A DNA stretch of 64,000 bases, from contig MCFE01000039.1 in the NCBI GenBank assembly GCA_002104905.1, positions 124,001 to 188,000 on the forward strand, given 5' to 3'. Both the position numbers and the translations under genes were made by a program. The notes below the pieces were generated by a model that worked only from the letters and a program-made list of their open reading frames with translations, had not been told where the DNA came from and did not search any database. Shown here in pieces: positions 23,807 to 37,438 of the stretch (positions within the stretch are counted from its first letter, which is position 1; every line of letters begins with the position of its first letter). This stretch comes from Basidiobolus meristosporus CBS 931.73 (taxonomy: Eukaryota > Fungi > Basidiobolomycota).

Positions 23807-26800
23807 TTAACGATAGTCGGTGAATCTCAAGTTGGAGTTGTTACCCTGCCCGAACGATGCCGAGTTGGTTCCGCCGAATGTGTTGGTTGTGGAGCCGCCA
23901 AACACATTTTCCACTGGTTGCATGTTGGCTTCTTGATCAAAAACGTTCCCTTGGTTGGCCAAAGAGCCAAAGCTGTTGTTGGCCTGAGTAAAGCCTTGCC
24001 CGAATGGTTTGGATGGGCTAGTTGTTTGAGCAAAACCGCCGCCGAAGGGTGCAGAGGTACCAAACGAGGAGGAGTTTGCCCCCATAGAGTTGGTGGATCC
24101 AAATGTACCGCCTGGTGTTATTGAAGTAGTGGAACCAAAGGCAGGTGCCGAGGATCCAAAAGCGGTGGTGGAGCCGAAAGCTGGCGCGCCAGAACCGAAA
24201 GAGGTAGTGCTTCCAAAGGCAGGGGTGTTTGATCCTAGAGAACTAGCTGAACCAAAGGCAGGTGCCGAAGATCCAAAGGTAGTCGACCCAAAGGCAGGTG
24301 CAGTTGTATTAGAACCAAAGGCAGACGGTTTATCATTTGATACTGTAGATCCAAATGCCGTGGTTGACCCGAAAGCAGGTGCAGCTGTACTAGAACCAAA
24401 GGCAGAGGGTTTATCATTTGATGCTGTAGATCCAAATGCCGTGGTTGACCCGAAAGCAGGCGCAGTTGTACTAGAGCCGAAGGCAGAGGGTTTATCGTTT
24501 GGTGTCGTGGATCCAAAAGCCGTGGTTGACCCGAAAGCAGGTGCAGTTGTACTAGAACCGAAGGCAGATGGCTTACCCATTGGTGAGGTAGATCCAAATG
24601 CGGTAGTTGAGCCAAAGGCAGGTGCACTGGTGGTACTAGAACCAAAACCTGATGGTTTATCTCCCAGAGTAGAGGATCCAAATGTAGTGGTAGAACCAAA
24701 AGTCGAAGGTTTGGATGCTGATGTAGCAGACCCAAATGCAGTGGTTGAGCCGAACGCAGGTGCGCTGGTAGTGCTGGAGCCAAAGGCTGTTGGTTTATCG
24801 GTTGAAGCAGAAGATCCAAACGCTGTAGTTGAACCAAAAGCGGGGGCGGTTGTACTAGCGCCGAAAGCAGATGTGGATGAGCCAAAGATTGCATTGCCGA
24901 TACCAAAGGGCGATGAGGAAGTGAATGATTTCCCGTTATCTGAGGATGACTTGTCTGGCTCATAAATATTGATACTGTCAAGATCCAAACCATCCTGGGA
25001 AGCGTTTTCATCGGACATCATACTATCGTCATTAACATCCTCATTTTCGGATTCTGGTTTACTCTCTAATACCTTTTCATCAACGGTATTGTCCGTTTTC
25101 TCCGATTGATCTTGAGCCTCTACAGTTTGGTCGTTCGCTAACTCCTCTGTATCCCTCGTGTCTTCTTCAGGTTGTTGCAATTCATTCTTTTTGACGTCAG
25201 CTTCTGGTATATCCTCCTTAGCTTCCGTTTCGGAAATTTTCAGTGACTCCAAGTTAGAGGTAGTGTTGAGGGCGGTCTTTTCTTCCTGAGCAGGTTCAGC
25301 TTCAGTCTTAGCTTTATCTTGGTCCTGATGGTCATTGCCATCAATTTCTCCGGTGCTAGGACTGATCGATTTGTTGGCAAATGAGAACCCAGTAGAAGCT
25401 GGGGATTCTGCAGGTTTACTAGCAAAAGAGAATCCGGTAGAGGCTGGAGAGGCAGCTGCAGAGTCACTTGGCTTACTGGCAAAGGAGAACCCGGTGGATG
25501 CTGGGGAGGCAGCTGTAGAGTCGGTTGGCTTGCTAGCAAAGGAGAATCCGGTAGAGGCTGGAGAGGCAGCTGCAGAGTCACTTGGCTTACTGACAAAGGA
25601 GAACCCAGTGGATGCTGGGGAGGCAGCTGCAGAGTCACTTGGCTTACTGGCAAAGGAGAACCCGGTGGATGCTGGGGAGGCAGCTGCAGAGTCGGTTGGC
25701 TTGCTAGCAAAGGAAAATCCGGTAGAGGCTGGTGATGCAACTGCAGAGTCAGTTGGCTTACTAACAAAGGAGAATCCGGTGGAGGCTGGTGAGGCAGCCG
25801 GGGATTCCGTGGGTTTTGGTTGGGTAGCAGAGGAATCGTCTGGCTTGCTGGCAAAGGAGAATCCGGTGGTGGCTGGCGAGGCAGCTGGGGATTCCACAGG
25901 TTTGCTAGCTAAGGAGAAGCCGGTTGATTTTGGCTGGGTAGGAGAGGAATCGTCTGGCTTACTGGCAAAGGAGAATCCGGTGGAGGCTGGCGAGGCAGCT
26001 GGGGATTCTGCGGGTTTTGGTTGGGTAGCAGAGGAATCGTCTGGCTTGCTGGCAAAGGAGAATCCGGTGGTGGCTGGCGAGGCAGCTGGGGATTCCACAG
26101 GTTTGCTAGCTAAGGAGAAGCCGGTTGATTTTGGCTGGGTGGGAGAGGAATCGTCTGGCTTACTGGCAAAGGAGAATCCGGTGGAGGCTGGGGATTCCGC
26201 GGGTTTTGGTTGGGTAGCAGAGGAATCTTCTGGCTTGCTAGCAAAGGAGAATCCGGCGGGTGCTGGCGAGGCAACGGGGGACTCCGCGGGTTTGCTAGCA
26301 AATGAGAAGCCGGTAGATTTTGGTTGGGTGGCTGGGGAGTCGGCTGGCTTGCTGGCAAAGGAGAACCCGGCAGACCCTGGTGGTGTAGCAGTGGATTCTA
26401 CTGGCTTACTGGCAAACGAGAAGCCGGTGGGTTTTGGCTGGGTAGTAGCAGAGTCAACCGGCTTGCTGGCGAAAGAGAGACCGGTGGTTGCTGACGAGGT
26501 AACCGGGGATTCGACAGGCTTAGCGGCAAACGAGAAGCCGGTGGACGCTGGCGTAGCAGCTGGGGATTTTTCTGGCTTACTGGCAAGGGGGGATTCGCTG
26601 GAGGCAGCTGGGGTAGAGGAGGAATCGGCTGGTTTGCTGGCAAACGAGAACCCAGTGGATGCTGGGGAGTCGGTCGATTTACCGGCAAGCGAAAATCCGG
26701 TCGTTGCAGAGTCGGCTGGCTTGCTGGCGAGTGAAAAGCCAGTAGGCTCCGGTTGGGTGGCTGGGGAGTCGGCAGGCTTGCTAGCAAATGAGAAACCGCC

Positions 26801-29800
26801 GGGTGCTGGAGAGGCCGCAGATGATTCTACGGGCTTGCTGGCGAACGAAAACCCGGTGGAAGCCGGTGAGACAGCAGGTGACTCAGCTGGTTTGCTCGCA
26901 AACGAGAATCCAGTGGATGCTGGAGAGTCGGACGATTTACCTGCAAACGAGAATCCGGCTTCGCTTGCCTTGGATTGATTGAAGGCTGATGGCAAGGGTT
27001 CACCGGTGGTGGTAGCTGCGTCGGTAGGAGATGAAATCGAGAATGAAAATCCAGGTGATGAAGGTCTGGCCAAGTCATCGGATTCCTCGTACTCTTCGTC
27101 CTCGTAATAGTCAACATCATCGTCAACATCATCGTCGTCCAACTCCCAGTCTTCACTGCCTTGTCCCAAAAACTCCTCGTCGTGGCTCAAATGGTCGTAG
27201 GACTCCTCCGTCAGTTGGCAGTGGGAGTAAGCGTCGGATTCAGCGTCGTCGTGGTGTTCCACGTCGTCAGAAGCCGAGCTTTTCGGGAGTTTGAAAGGTA
27301 AAATCGCCACCGAGGGCTTGTGGATTCCAGCAGATAACTTGGTGCCCAAATCAAGGTCGGCGTTCCTTGAAGCCTCTAACACTTTGTTGTTCAAAGAAAC
27401 TTGTCGCGAACTATTGGTGAGCGCTTTCTTGAGCGATCTATGGATCTCTTGACGACCGACTTGGGTTTCCTGAGAGATAGGAGACACCGTGGGGACGTAA
27501 TACTTTCTCGGAGAAGGAGTAACCATTGAGCTGGTTGATTTGAAGGGGTTGAATGGAGTAGAGGGGGTTCTGCTGGCTACTGTCGAGTTGGGTTTGAAGG
27601 GAGTTGAGGGGATGCGGGCCGAACTGCTCAATGATGAAGTGTTTAGATTCAGTCGGTTGATCCCAGCAGTTAGATTTTCCAAGTTGTTGGAGTGGTCTTT
27701 GACCGCACTGCTGATGTTTCGAATAGTACGGAAGATGGTATCCAACGAAGGCGCCTCCATTCCCCTTTTAGACCCCGAGTATTTCGAGGAGTTTTTCAGG
27801 AAAGCGAGGTGTCCCTCCAGCTCCTCTATCCTGTCATTCACCGTCTGCGAATATCTTCGAAGCTTTTGCTGATTATCACTATGCTCAGGGCCCAACTGGC
27901 GAACCTTGACTAGTTTGGCGTAGTCGGGATCCTCCTTGGCTCTCAAGAATCTAGCCGCTTCTTCCCTCTTCATTTCGATCTTCAAAATATCGCCTTGCAT
28001 TTCCAACACTTGCTTCTTGGTGATCAGGGACTTTTCTTTCAGCGTCTCGGCCTCTCTGCTTAGGTCGCAAGTCAGCTGCACCACTTCGCTTAAATCGCCC
28101 AGAGTCCAATGGTCGGCACCGGAGAACTCTGGATTGACCTTATCCGAGGGATTACGCAGGGAAGTCAAATTCACGGCTGATTCCTCGACACTTTTTTCAA
28201 TCAAAGATAACTCTTTGGAGAAGAGGTGATAGGTCTTTTCGAATTCTTCGGCGATAATGTCTGGATTTTCGCTGGGCAAAGTGCTCTTATTTTGTTCTGC
28301 GATATTTGTTGGTGCAGAGCTGAACGAGCTCGACCCGAAGGTAGCGGTGCTCTTTGGGGCCTCTGCAGCTGGAGCCGCCTGTGAGATAGGTGATGAGAAT
28401 CCTTTGAAGCCCGTAGAAGCTGCGCCAAAGCTGCTCATTGCCGGCTGTGCTTTAGGGGCTTCAGCAGCAACGGTGGGCTTAGAGATTGGTTCACCCAGTC
28501 CTTTAGGCTCTGGCTTCGCTACAGCAGTAGACTGAGATGGGCTCGAAAATCCACCGAAAGCAAGTTTGGAAGGCTCGCTGGTAGAGGGGGTTTTTGGAGC
28601 GGAATCCGGTTTATTCCCAAATAGAGGTGCACTAGACGCTGGCTTCAACCCGAAGCCCCCAAAGGCAGGCTTGACGGGTTCGGCTTTTTGCGATTTCGAA
28701 TCATCGGAAGCCGTTGCCCCGAAAGCAGGAGCAGCCTTGGATAGGGCTCCAAAGGAAGAAGTGGCTCCGAAACTGGATGCACCAAATACAGAGGCTGCGG
28801 GTTTGCTTTCAGGTTTATTGGCACCAAATATGCTGCCTCCCAGAGTGCTAGTATTCGGCGTAGCGGGAGCCTTGCTGGCAAATCCGAGATTTCCGCCGGT
28901 AGATGGTGTACCAAATCCTGTAGCACCAAAAGCGGGCTGTGCAGTTGATCCAAAACTCAAAGTGCTGGGAGCTGCCGCGGTAGCACCAGAAGTGGAGGGG
29001 GCAGCTCTGGCCGGATCGGGGGCTGGGATCTGCTTGGCACTTACCATTCCGCCGTATTTGATACCCTTGTTGATAGCATCGATATTTAAACAATGGAAGG
29101 CACTTATCATGCCATCACTGTTCATTAAAATCAGAATTGGAACCGGCTCAACTGGAGTTGTACTGACTTCGGGATTTAGCGGAGGAAGCGATTCTGATGC
29201 CGTGAAATCAATAGCCAATCCAATCGGTGATGTATCTTCATCAGTGATTTTGGAAAGCGGGACAGATGCTCGGACCGTTTCATCAAGAACCCAAGTGTTC
29301 CATTCTTTCTGCTGATCGCATCCAACTACGCCCACATCGGCAGAGGCGGTGCTGGCACAAAACATAATATATTTACATTCGTCGCCCCTAGAAAGTCGTC
29401 GTTAGCATTCGGCTCAAATCGAACCAAAAATCCATTCCCATCCGTTACCAATTCTTAATCAGTTCGATATAGTAGTGAGAGCCTCGGTCCTTCACACCCC
29501 AAGGTGCACACGGGTCTTCTAGTTTGGTGTAAATGGTCTGGGACTTGTCTTCGGTAGATACAATGTACACTGAATATTCGTGACTGTCCTCTGGGTCCTC
29601 TGATTGTATATTGTATACAACATTGAATACTTTGTTTTCCAACCAACATACGGTTTCGACTAGAGGAGTGGTAACAGATTAATATATGTACCGTCTCTTT
29701 CTACGCAAAAAATAGATACCGTGGTTTGGAGTTCCAGCAATCGAAGGTGGTGCTTGTATAGTTCCTTTGGTAGTCCCATCGCAGGCTATAAGAGAGATCT

Positions 29801-30698
29801 CACTCTGAGCATTACCGCATGCAATCTGTTTTCCTTTCTGCGACCAGCAAACTGGATTAAAGCGTCGATAGGCATTCTTGACACCACAAGATCAAGCCGA
29901 ATCTACTTACTTGCGGTGTAGGAGCTTCCTATTTGTTGGATGTCCCCAGTAAAATCGACGAATTTCAAATTTCTATCGCTCAACAACACAGCCACCTGGG
30001 TAGGCTTTTCCATCGGGTTTGGCCGGATATCTCGAATGGAGCTTCCTAAACTAATGGTTTTGTATGGCTGGATGTTCCCATTCTGGATACGTGGGTTTAG
30101 TGACGGTAGAAAACCCATTCTACTCTGTAAATTTACCTGTTGATTCAAAGTTGGTACGTCGTAGAGTAAAATATCCCCGGTGCTAGTACCAATCACTAGA
30201 GTGAGCTCATCAGCTGAAAGTCGAATATGGTGGACCGCGCCGTTGGAAACGGTAACCTCCGTCTTCGCCTTAAACTCGGCTGTGCTCTGTTTGGGCGCAT
30301 TTTTGATGCTGTTCTTTAGGGCATCAACCGTATCGAAGATAAAGCCTTAACAACACGTTAACAGCTATGTTAGGATAGAGGAATCCGCAAGGCCACTTAC
30401 CCTTATTGGTAGCAGCCACTATGTATCCAAACTGATTGGAAACTGCCAGCAAAGAAACATGACCTGGAGCTTCTTGAGGACTGAAAGGCTCGGGTGCGAC
30501 CTTCAGAAGGACCTCTTGATTCAAATCCTTCAATTGAAGAAACTACCAATACGGTGTTAGAGCGCTTGCCGAGATCTATGAGCCAGCAAGCTAGACTGGC
30601 TCTTCTCTACGAGCAGCTGTCTATCCTACCTCGATCTCTTTCTCTTCAGTGATCTGTTCTTGATTCGAACCACTACCTAGCGCGGAAAAACTACTCAT
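23807..30698 (-). CDS. NUP159: FG-nucleoporin Nup159/Nup214, multi-exon 5' part plus one very long terminal exon
   Basis: ATG at 30698 gives MSSFSALGSGSNQEQITEEKEIE|FLQLKDLNQEV..VSLLAVSNQFGYIVAA (beta-propeller start). Also DEDTSPIGLAIDF..PILILMNSDGMISAF, a central coiled coil (LGPEHSDNQQKLRR) and a 1852-codon open frame with GFSF and AFG repeats. Confidence 0.93.
24150..24900 (-). repeat. Coding tandem FG repeats of the Nup C-terminus, about 81-bp (27-aa) unit
   Basis: The unit is PAFGSTTAFGSTxSxDKPSAFGSSTTA. The nucleotide period is 81 (for example CAGTTGTA at 24301 and CAGCTGTA at 24382). Confidence 0.9.
25380..26960 (-). repeat. Coding tandem GFSF(ASKP) repeats of the Nup, about 27 units; 57-bp basic unit and 201-bp higher-order unit
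   Basis: SPASTGFSFASKPSDSAAA has a 57-bp period (25444 and 25501). A near-identical 201-bp block starts at 25811 and again at 26012. Confidence 0.92.
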
Positions 30699-31341
30699 GC
30701 TGAAGTAAAGAGGAATGTCATGAAAAATAGCCAATGATTTCCTTATATCAGATATGTATTTTATCAATATGTTTACAGCAGGAGGGGTCAGGAATAAAAT
30801 GTAAATGACGTATCTTTCGGGTGATGACCATCCTTACGTAAATAACGGGATAAGCCCCACCCTGACATCTACTGTTTAGCCAACATCATGAACAGACGAA
30901 CCGTTCATATGAACTACAGAATTTCAGGCACGCCAGTGAGAATGTGGCCTTCGTTCGATTGGAAATGACATGCTTCTGTTCTGTTTAGCGCGAGGTTGGC
31001 TACAGACTCCAAGAACCAATTATTCCACTGGATAATTATCTAATCTGGATTGTGGTATCCGAACCAGGCAAATGATCGCAATCTTTGATGTTGTCAACTC
31101 AGTAGTACATTGGTATATTTATATCCCCATATTTTGTACTGAAGCGACCTCTGCAAAGAACCAGGAAACTCTCAGATTTCGAATTATAAATCAAGATTGA
31201 TTGTTCATATATATCAGTACTCTTAAAGGTATTCCCTATATAATGGGTAGCTTTGGTCAACTGGGTGCTTTTTTTGCACCAGCTTTAGAATAGAGGTCCC
31301 CCAACAGTCGCAGTAGTAGCAGCAGCAGAATTGCTTCCTCT

Positions 31342-32355
31342 TTGAACATGGCGCAACGACAGGTTACTCTCCCCACCGGTAAATTGGCTGGTAGAAACGA
31401 ATATCAATATGACAACCCAGTCATCACTGCCTTGCGACCATACAAAACCACCATTGCGGCTGGAGCTTCCGGAATTCTTGGAACTTTTGTTGGGTACCCC
31501 TTCGATTGTTTGAAGACACGCATGCAGACCTCGGAATTTCCTTCCATGAATACTTGCGCCAAGGTCATGTATCAAGAAGAGGGGATGGGTGCTTTTTATA
31601 GAGGGATAATTAGCCCGTTGATAAGCACCACCTGCTTGAGAGCCTTCACCTTTACTGTGTATGACACGTTCAAGCGCAATTTAGTCAACAAACTACTTAT
31701 ACTACCAGAGGAGCACAGACTTCAGCAGAAAATCTCTTTCGAAGAATACTCGTCTAAGAATTTCCTATCGACCTTGCCTTTCGTTTTTGTCGCTGGTGTA
31801 TCGGGTGGTAGTGCCAGTAGTATCCCTTGCATTCCCTTGGAACTGGTCAAAGTTCAGATGCAACTTCAGCGAGTTATCGCTTTGTCTTCCGGTTCCACAG
31901 GCAACCTGGTTCATGAAACAACCCTCAGCTGCACTAGGAGGATTGTTAGAGAATATGGGTTCAGTGCACTATATCGTGGCGCCACCTTGCATCTGCTTCG
32001 AGACGGTATTGGGATGGGATTCTATTTCGGCTTCTACGAAAGTCTCAAACATCTCGTCACGATACAGTTGGGCATCTCTGGGTCGCCTTTGGTGTATATG
32101 CTTGCCGGTGGTTGCAGTGGAACCATGTCATGGTTTATCGGGTTTCCGGTGGACCTCATCAAATCCCGCATTCAAAAAGAAGCTTTCTTGAAGGAGAAAA
32201 CGTACGCCAGCGGCCTTGATTGCTTCCGCAAAGTCATCGCTCAGTCAGGCATTCGCGGATTATATTCCGGTATGGTACCAACCTTGGTCCGTGCCTTCCC
32301 TATACACTCGATCAACTTTTTGGTATACGAATCGGTGTTGAAGATTTTTAGTTAG
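31342..32355 (+). CDS. Mitochondrial carrier family protein (YMC/SLC25A45-like), intronless
   Basis: Three carrier signatures: PFDCLKTRMQ, PLELVKVQMQ and PVDLIKSRIQ. The 337-aa ORF ends with RAFPIHSINFLVYE. Confidence 0.93.
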   Translation: MNMAQRQVTLPTGKLAGRNEYQYDNPVITALRPYKTTIAAGASGILGTFVGYPFDCLKTRMQTSEFPSMNTCAKVMYQEEGMGAFYRGIISPLISTTCLRAFTFTVYDTFKRNLVNKLLILPEEHRLQQKISFEEYSSKNFLSTLPFVFVAGVSGGSASSIPCIPLELVKVQMQLQRVIALSSGSTGNLVHETTLSCTRRIVREYGFSALYRGATLHLLRDGIGMGFYFGFYESLKHLVTIQLGISGSPLVYMLAGGCSGTMSWFIGFPVDLIKSRIQKEAFLKEKTYASGLDCFRKVIAQSGIRGLYSGMVPTLVRAFPIHSINFLVYESVLKIFS

Positions 32356-32876
32356 ATTCCCCTCTTCAACTGTAACTTTCCAGACCAATTGTTCTTAATT
32401 ATGATGTAACGTATAAATATTAATCTTGTGGCAATACACCCAAATAGCCACTTCGTAAAGTTCATATGTACGTATTGTTATCCAGTGGGATATAGAGATA
32501 GAAGAGAATCCCACTTGAGTAATGAAGGAGCGCAGAGAGAGCGCTGTGCATACTAAACATCGATCAATAATAACAAGCCGTTTTCCAAGATTCGTACATT
32601 GGACACTTCAAATATAAAGCAAATCCACAACCTATGCTACTCTTTTTTACGCACCAAATGTAACCAATGAATTATCAAATGATGATTTCATGGTTATAGC
32701 ATGTGTGGGCCATATGATTCGGCAACAATTGCATAGGCTAAGCACATACCTGTACTGAAACTAGAAAATCTCTCGGTCATTTGTGACTATTAACCTTGTT
32801 CTATTGATAAATTTCAACTGATTGCTTCAACAATACCTTTCTCAGCAACAGACGTGTAGCTTTCTTTTCCTTCGGT

Positions 32877-34392
32877 ATGCACATAAAGAGACCATCTTTG
32901 TTTTCTTCCAGCAGTCAATCTCTGCCCCTGCTAGAGCATACAGAGGATCCTATACACGTGACAAACGAACCGCTACCCAGTGATGACAATTTAGATGCAC
33001 AACTAATGGATGCGAATCACGTTGGTTCACAATCTACAGATGACTTGAATAAAATTGACCAGCACCAAGATCTTGTGGACTACCCCATTGACGGACCGCA
33101 CCCCACACAAAGCAAAGTCCCACCGACCGCGGGAAATTCGAGATTCTTTGGTGGCTTGCATGGCTCGCGTTACAACTTCAACCGCCTTGTTAACCATTAC
33201 GGACCATTGTTCACCAAACTCGATTTCGTCATCTCGCTGTACCAGTGGAAGAACAAGCCCGTTTATTCTTGGCTCTTGCTGGTCGGGTTCTGGGTGTTCT
33301 GCCTGTTTCCAAAGCTGAGCGTTGTGGGTGGGCCGCATCTGCTAATTTTGAGCTGGATAGGCTACAAATACTACCTGAAATACCACGACCAAAACCACGT
33401 TTCTCCCTCAAAGCTCAAGAGGAAGGTTTACGATCTCCAGAATATCCTCCAGAAGCTCACCCTGATAGACCTATTCATCAGCGTACAGCTCGGCAGGCTA
33501 GACTGGTCCAACCCTACAGAAACCTCGCGCATCATCAAGTACGTTCTTTTCTCTTATCCACTCTGGGCGGTGACTTCATCCGTGGTGCCATTGAATCTGT
33601 TGTGCTTGATGGGAGGAACGACCGTTCTACTGTGGCACCATCCATATGTAGCCACCCTAAGGAAGCCGTTCACAGATGACTCCCCACTATTTCAGAGCGT
33701 CATACATGCCATACTTACACCCGTGGAGGACGAAGCCGTGCTTGCTGCCAAGAAACGAGGGCTACCTTTGCGAAAATTGACCGCAGAGTCCAAGCTGATC
33801 AACGAGAAAACCCTCGAATTGATGTCCCGACCAAGAAACGAGCCACCCACGTTGAAGGTGGTAGAATCGGATATATTTCAGGATACCGATGGGGCCACGG
33901 TATTTCAGCTGTTTGAGCATCAGCGAAAATGGCCAGCACTCGGCTGGACCACCCGCATGATGGGCAGTGATCCATATCCATGGTAAGTGGTATTCTATGG
34001 CTTTCTTGCGAGGAGCGATCGCTGATTATGTTCGATGCAGGACCGACGAGATGAACAAGTTCGTAGAGCATCCGAAAGATTTCGAGCCACCGGTGGTATC
34101 CAGCGTAGTCAACAAGCTCGGATCTGACGAGGGGAAGGCGGTCTTCCTGCAAACCAAGGTATGCTGGCGATGGATCGACGATGATTGGTCGCCTGCGATC
34201 ACTGCCGAGACAGACGCTGAAGGTTGGGAGTATGGCGGTAGAAAATTTGAGGCCTATTGCGCTCGCAGCGGAACAACCAGAATGACCAGGCGCAGACGCT
34301 GGTGCCGCAAGGCCATAAAGATAACTAGACGAGAGAAGTTGATGGATTATTTGCCTGAGGTGATAGAATTCGATCCATTAAACGCAGACTAA
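32877..34392 (+). CDS. Pex24/Pex28-32-type integral membrane peroxin with C-terminal dysferlin domain, 2 exons
   Basis: Hydrophobic reticulon-like helices, then FEHQRKWPALGW...DPYPW|TDE, WRWIDDDW, DAEGWEYG and TRRRRWCR (dysferlin). The intron near 33983-34040 has a GTAAGT donor. Confidence 0.88.
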
Positions 34393-34707
34393 TGACGTTT
34401 GTGCAGCGTGACACCGAGTGTTTTTGGTTAGACGTGATATTCGCTAGGAAGCCTAGAGCTCTCGTACGCTCCGTAACCTGTATAGTGTATATGCCAAATG
34501 GGCGCCGTATGAAGTAAACCAAAATTTATTTGCATCCATCCAAGCATAAATTATAGCCAGTGCAGACTGGGTTCCAAAACCAAAATGTCACAATGGTGCA
34601 CAGACCGATAAAATAAACCCGCTTGACGAGAGAATCTAATTACATAAACAAGTGTCAAAGAGTCGTCCTTCTAAATGGCGTCTTTTTCGTCTCCATAGCC
34701 GCCCTCA

Positions 34708-36820
<2,113 letters not shown>

Positions 36821-37438
36821 GGTTCTTGGCACTAAATACGAGTGGTTATCGATCTGCTTTATAGTACAGCTAGAGAAGGAGATATTTGAAGATACAGGAT
36901 AATAAACATTAAATCAGTATCTCCATAAAAGGAGTAGCACGCAGATATCCCAAAAGGAATGAGGAGGTTTGGAGAGGTGCTTTGTGGTTCAACAAGTATT
37001 TCGGTTGATAATGGAGCTAGAGAGTAGAAAGCCATGGAATAGGGCGCTAAAATAATGGGGACCTAATTTCCGCTTGTCCTTGACCAATCTTCCATGTATA
37101 TTGAAAACCATAAAACTCCGTCAATGGCCAATAGGAACAGATGTGTATTTTTGAGTCTTCAAACAATACCAGTTTCTCGCAGCAGATCAGGGCGATAGAT
37201 TCCAAATAGAAGCCCCATTTTCTGTTGCCCATCGCTGCCCAACGTGGTACCCAATTTGTATTTCCCTTAACGCACAACCAATTAAGCAGATGCCAGTCCC
37301 TTCTCACGGGGCTAGTTGAACTTCCATATTAGTGCTTGTTGATCAACTGATGCTAAGGCTGGGTAGGCAGTAGATTGTGTGTAGTAGGTTAACTTTGGTG
37401 ATTTATTGAGATATTTGCCAGTGAGATATGCTAATTAA

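Noticed and set aside
25335-26978. 547-aa plus-strand ORF (also 24090..24965 and 28566..29315)
   Set aside because: These are antisense shadows of the Nup repeats. Ser/Pro/Ala/Thr/Phe codons give stop-free reverse complements.
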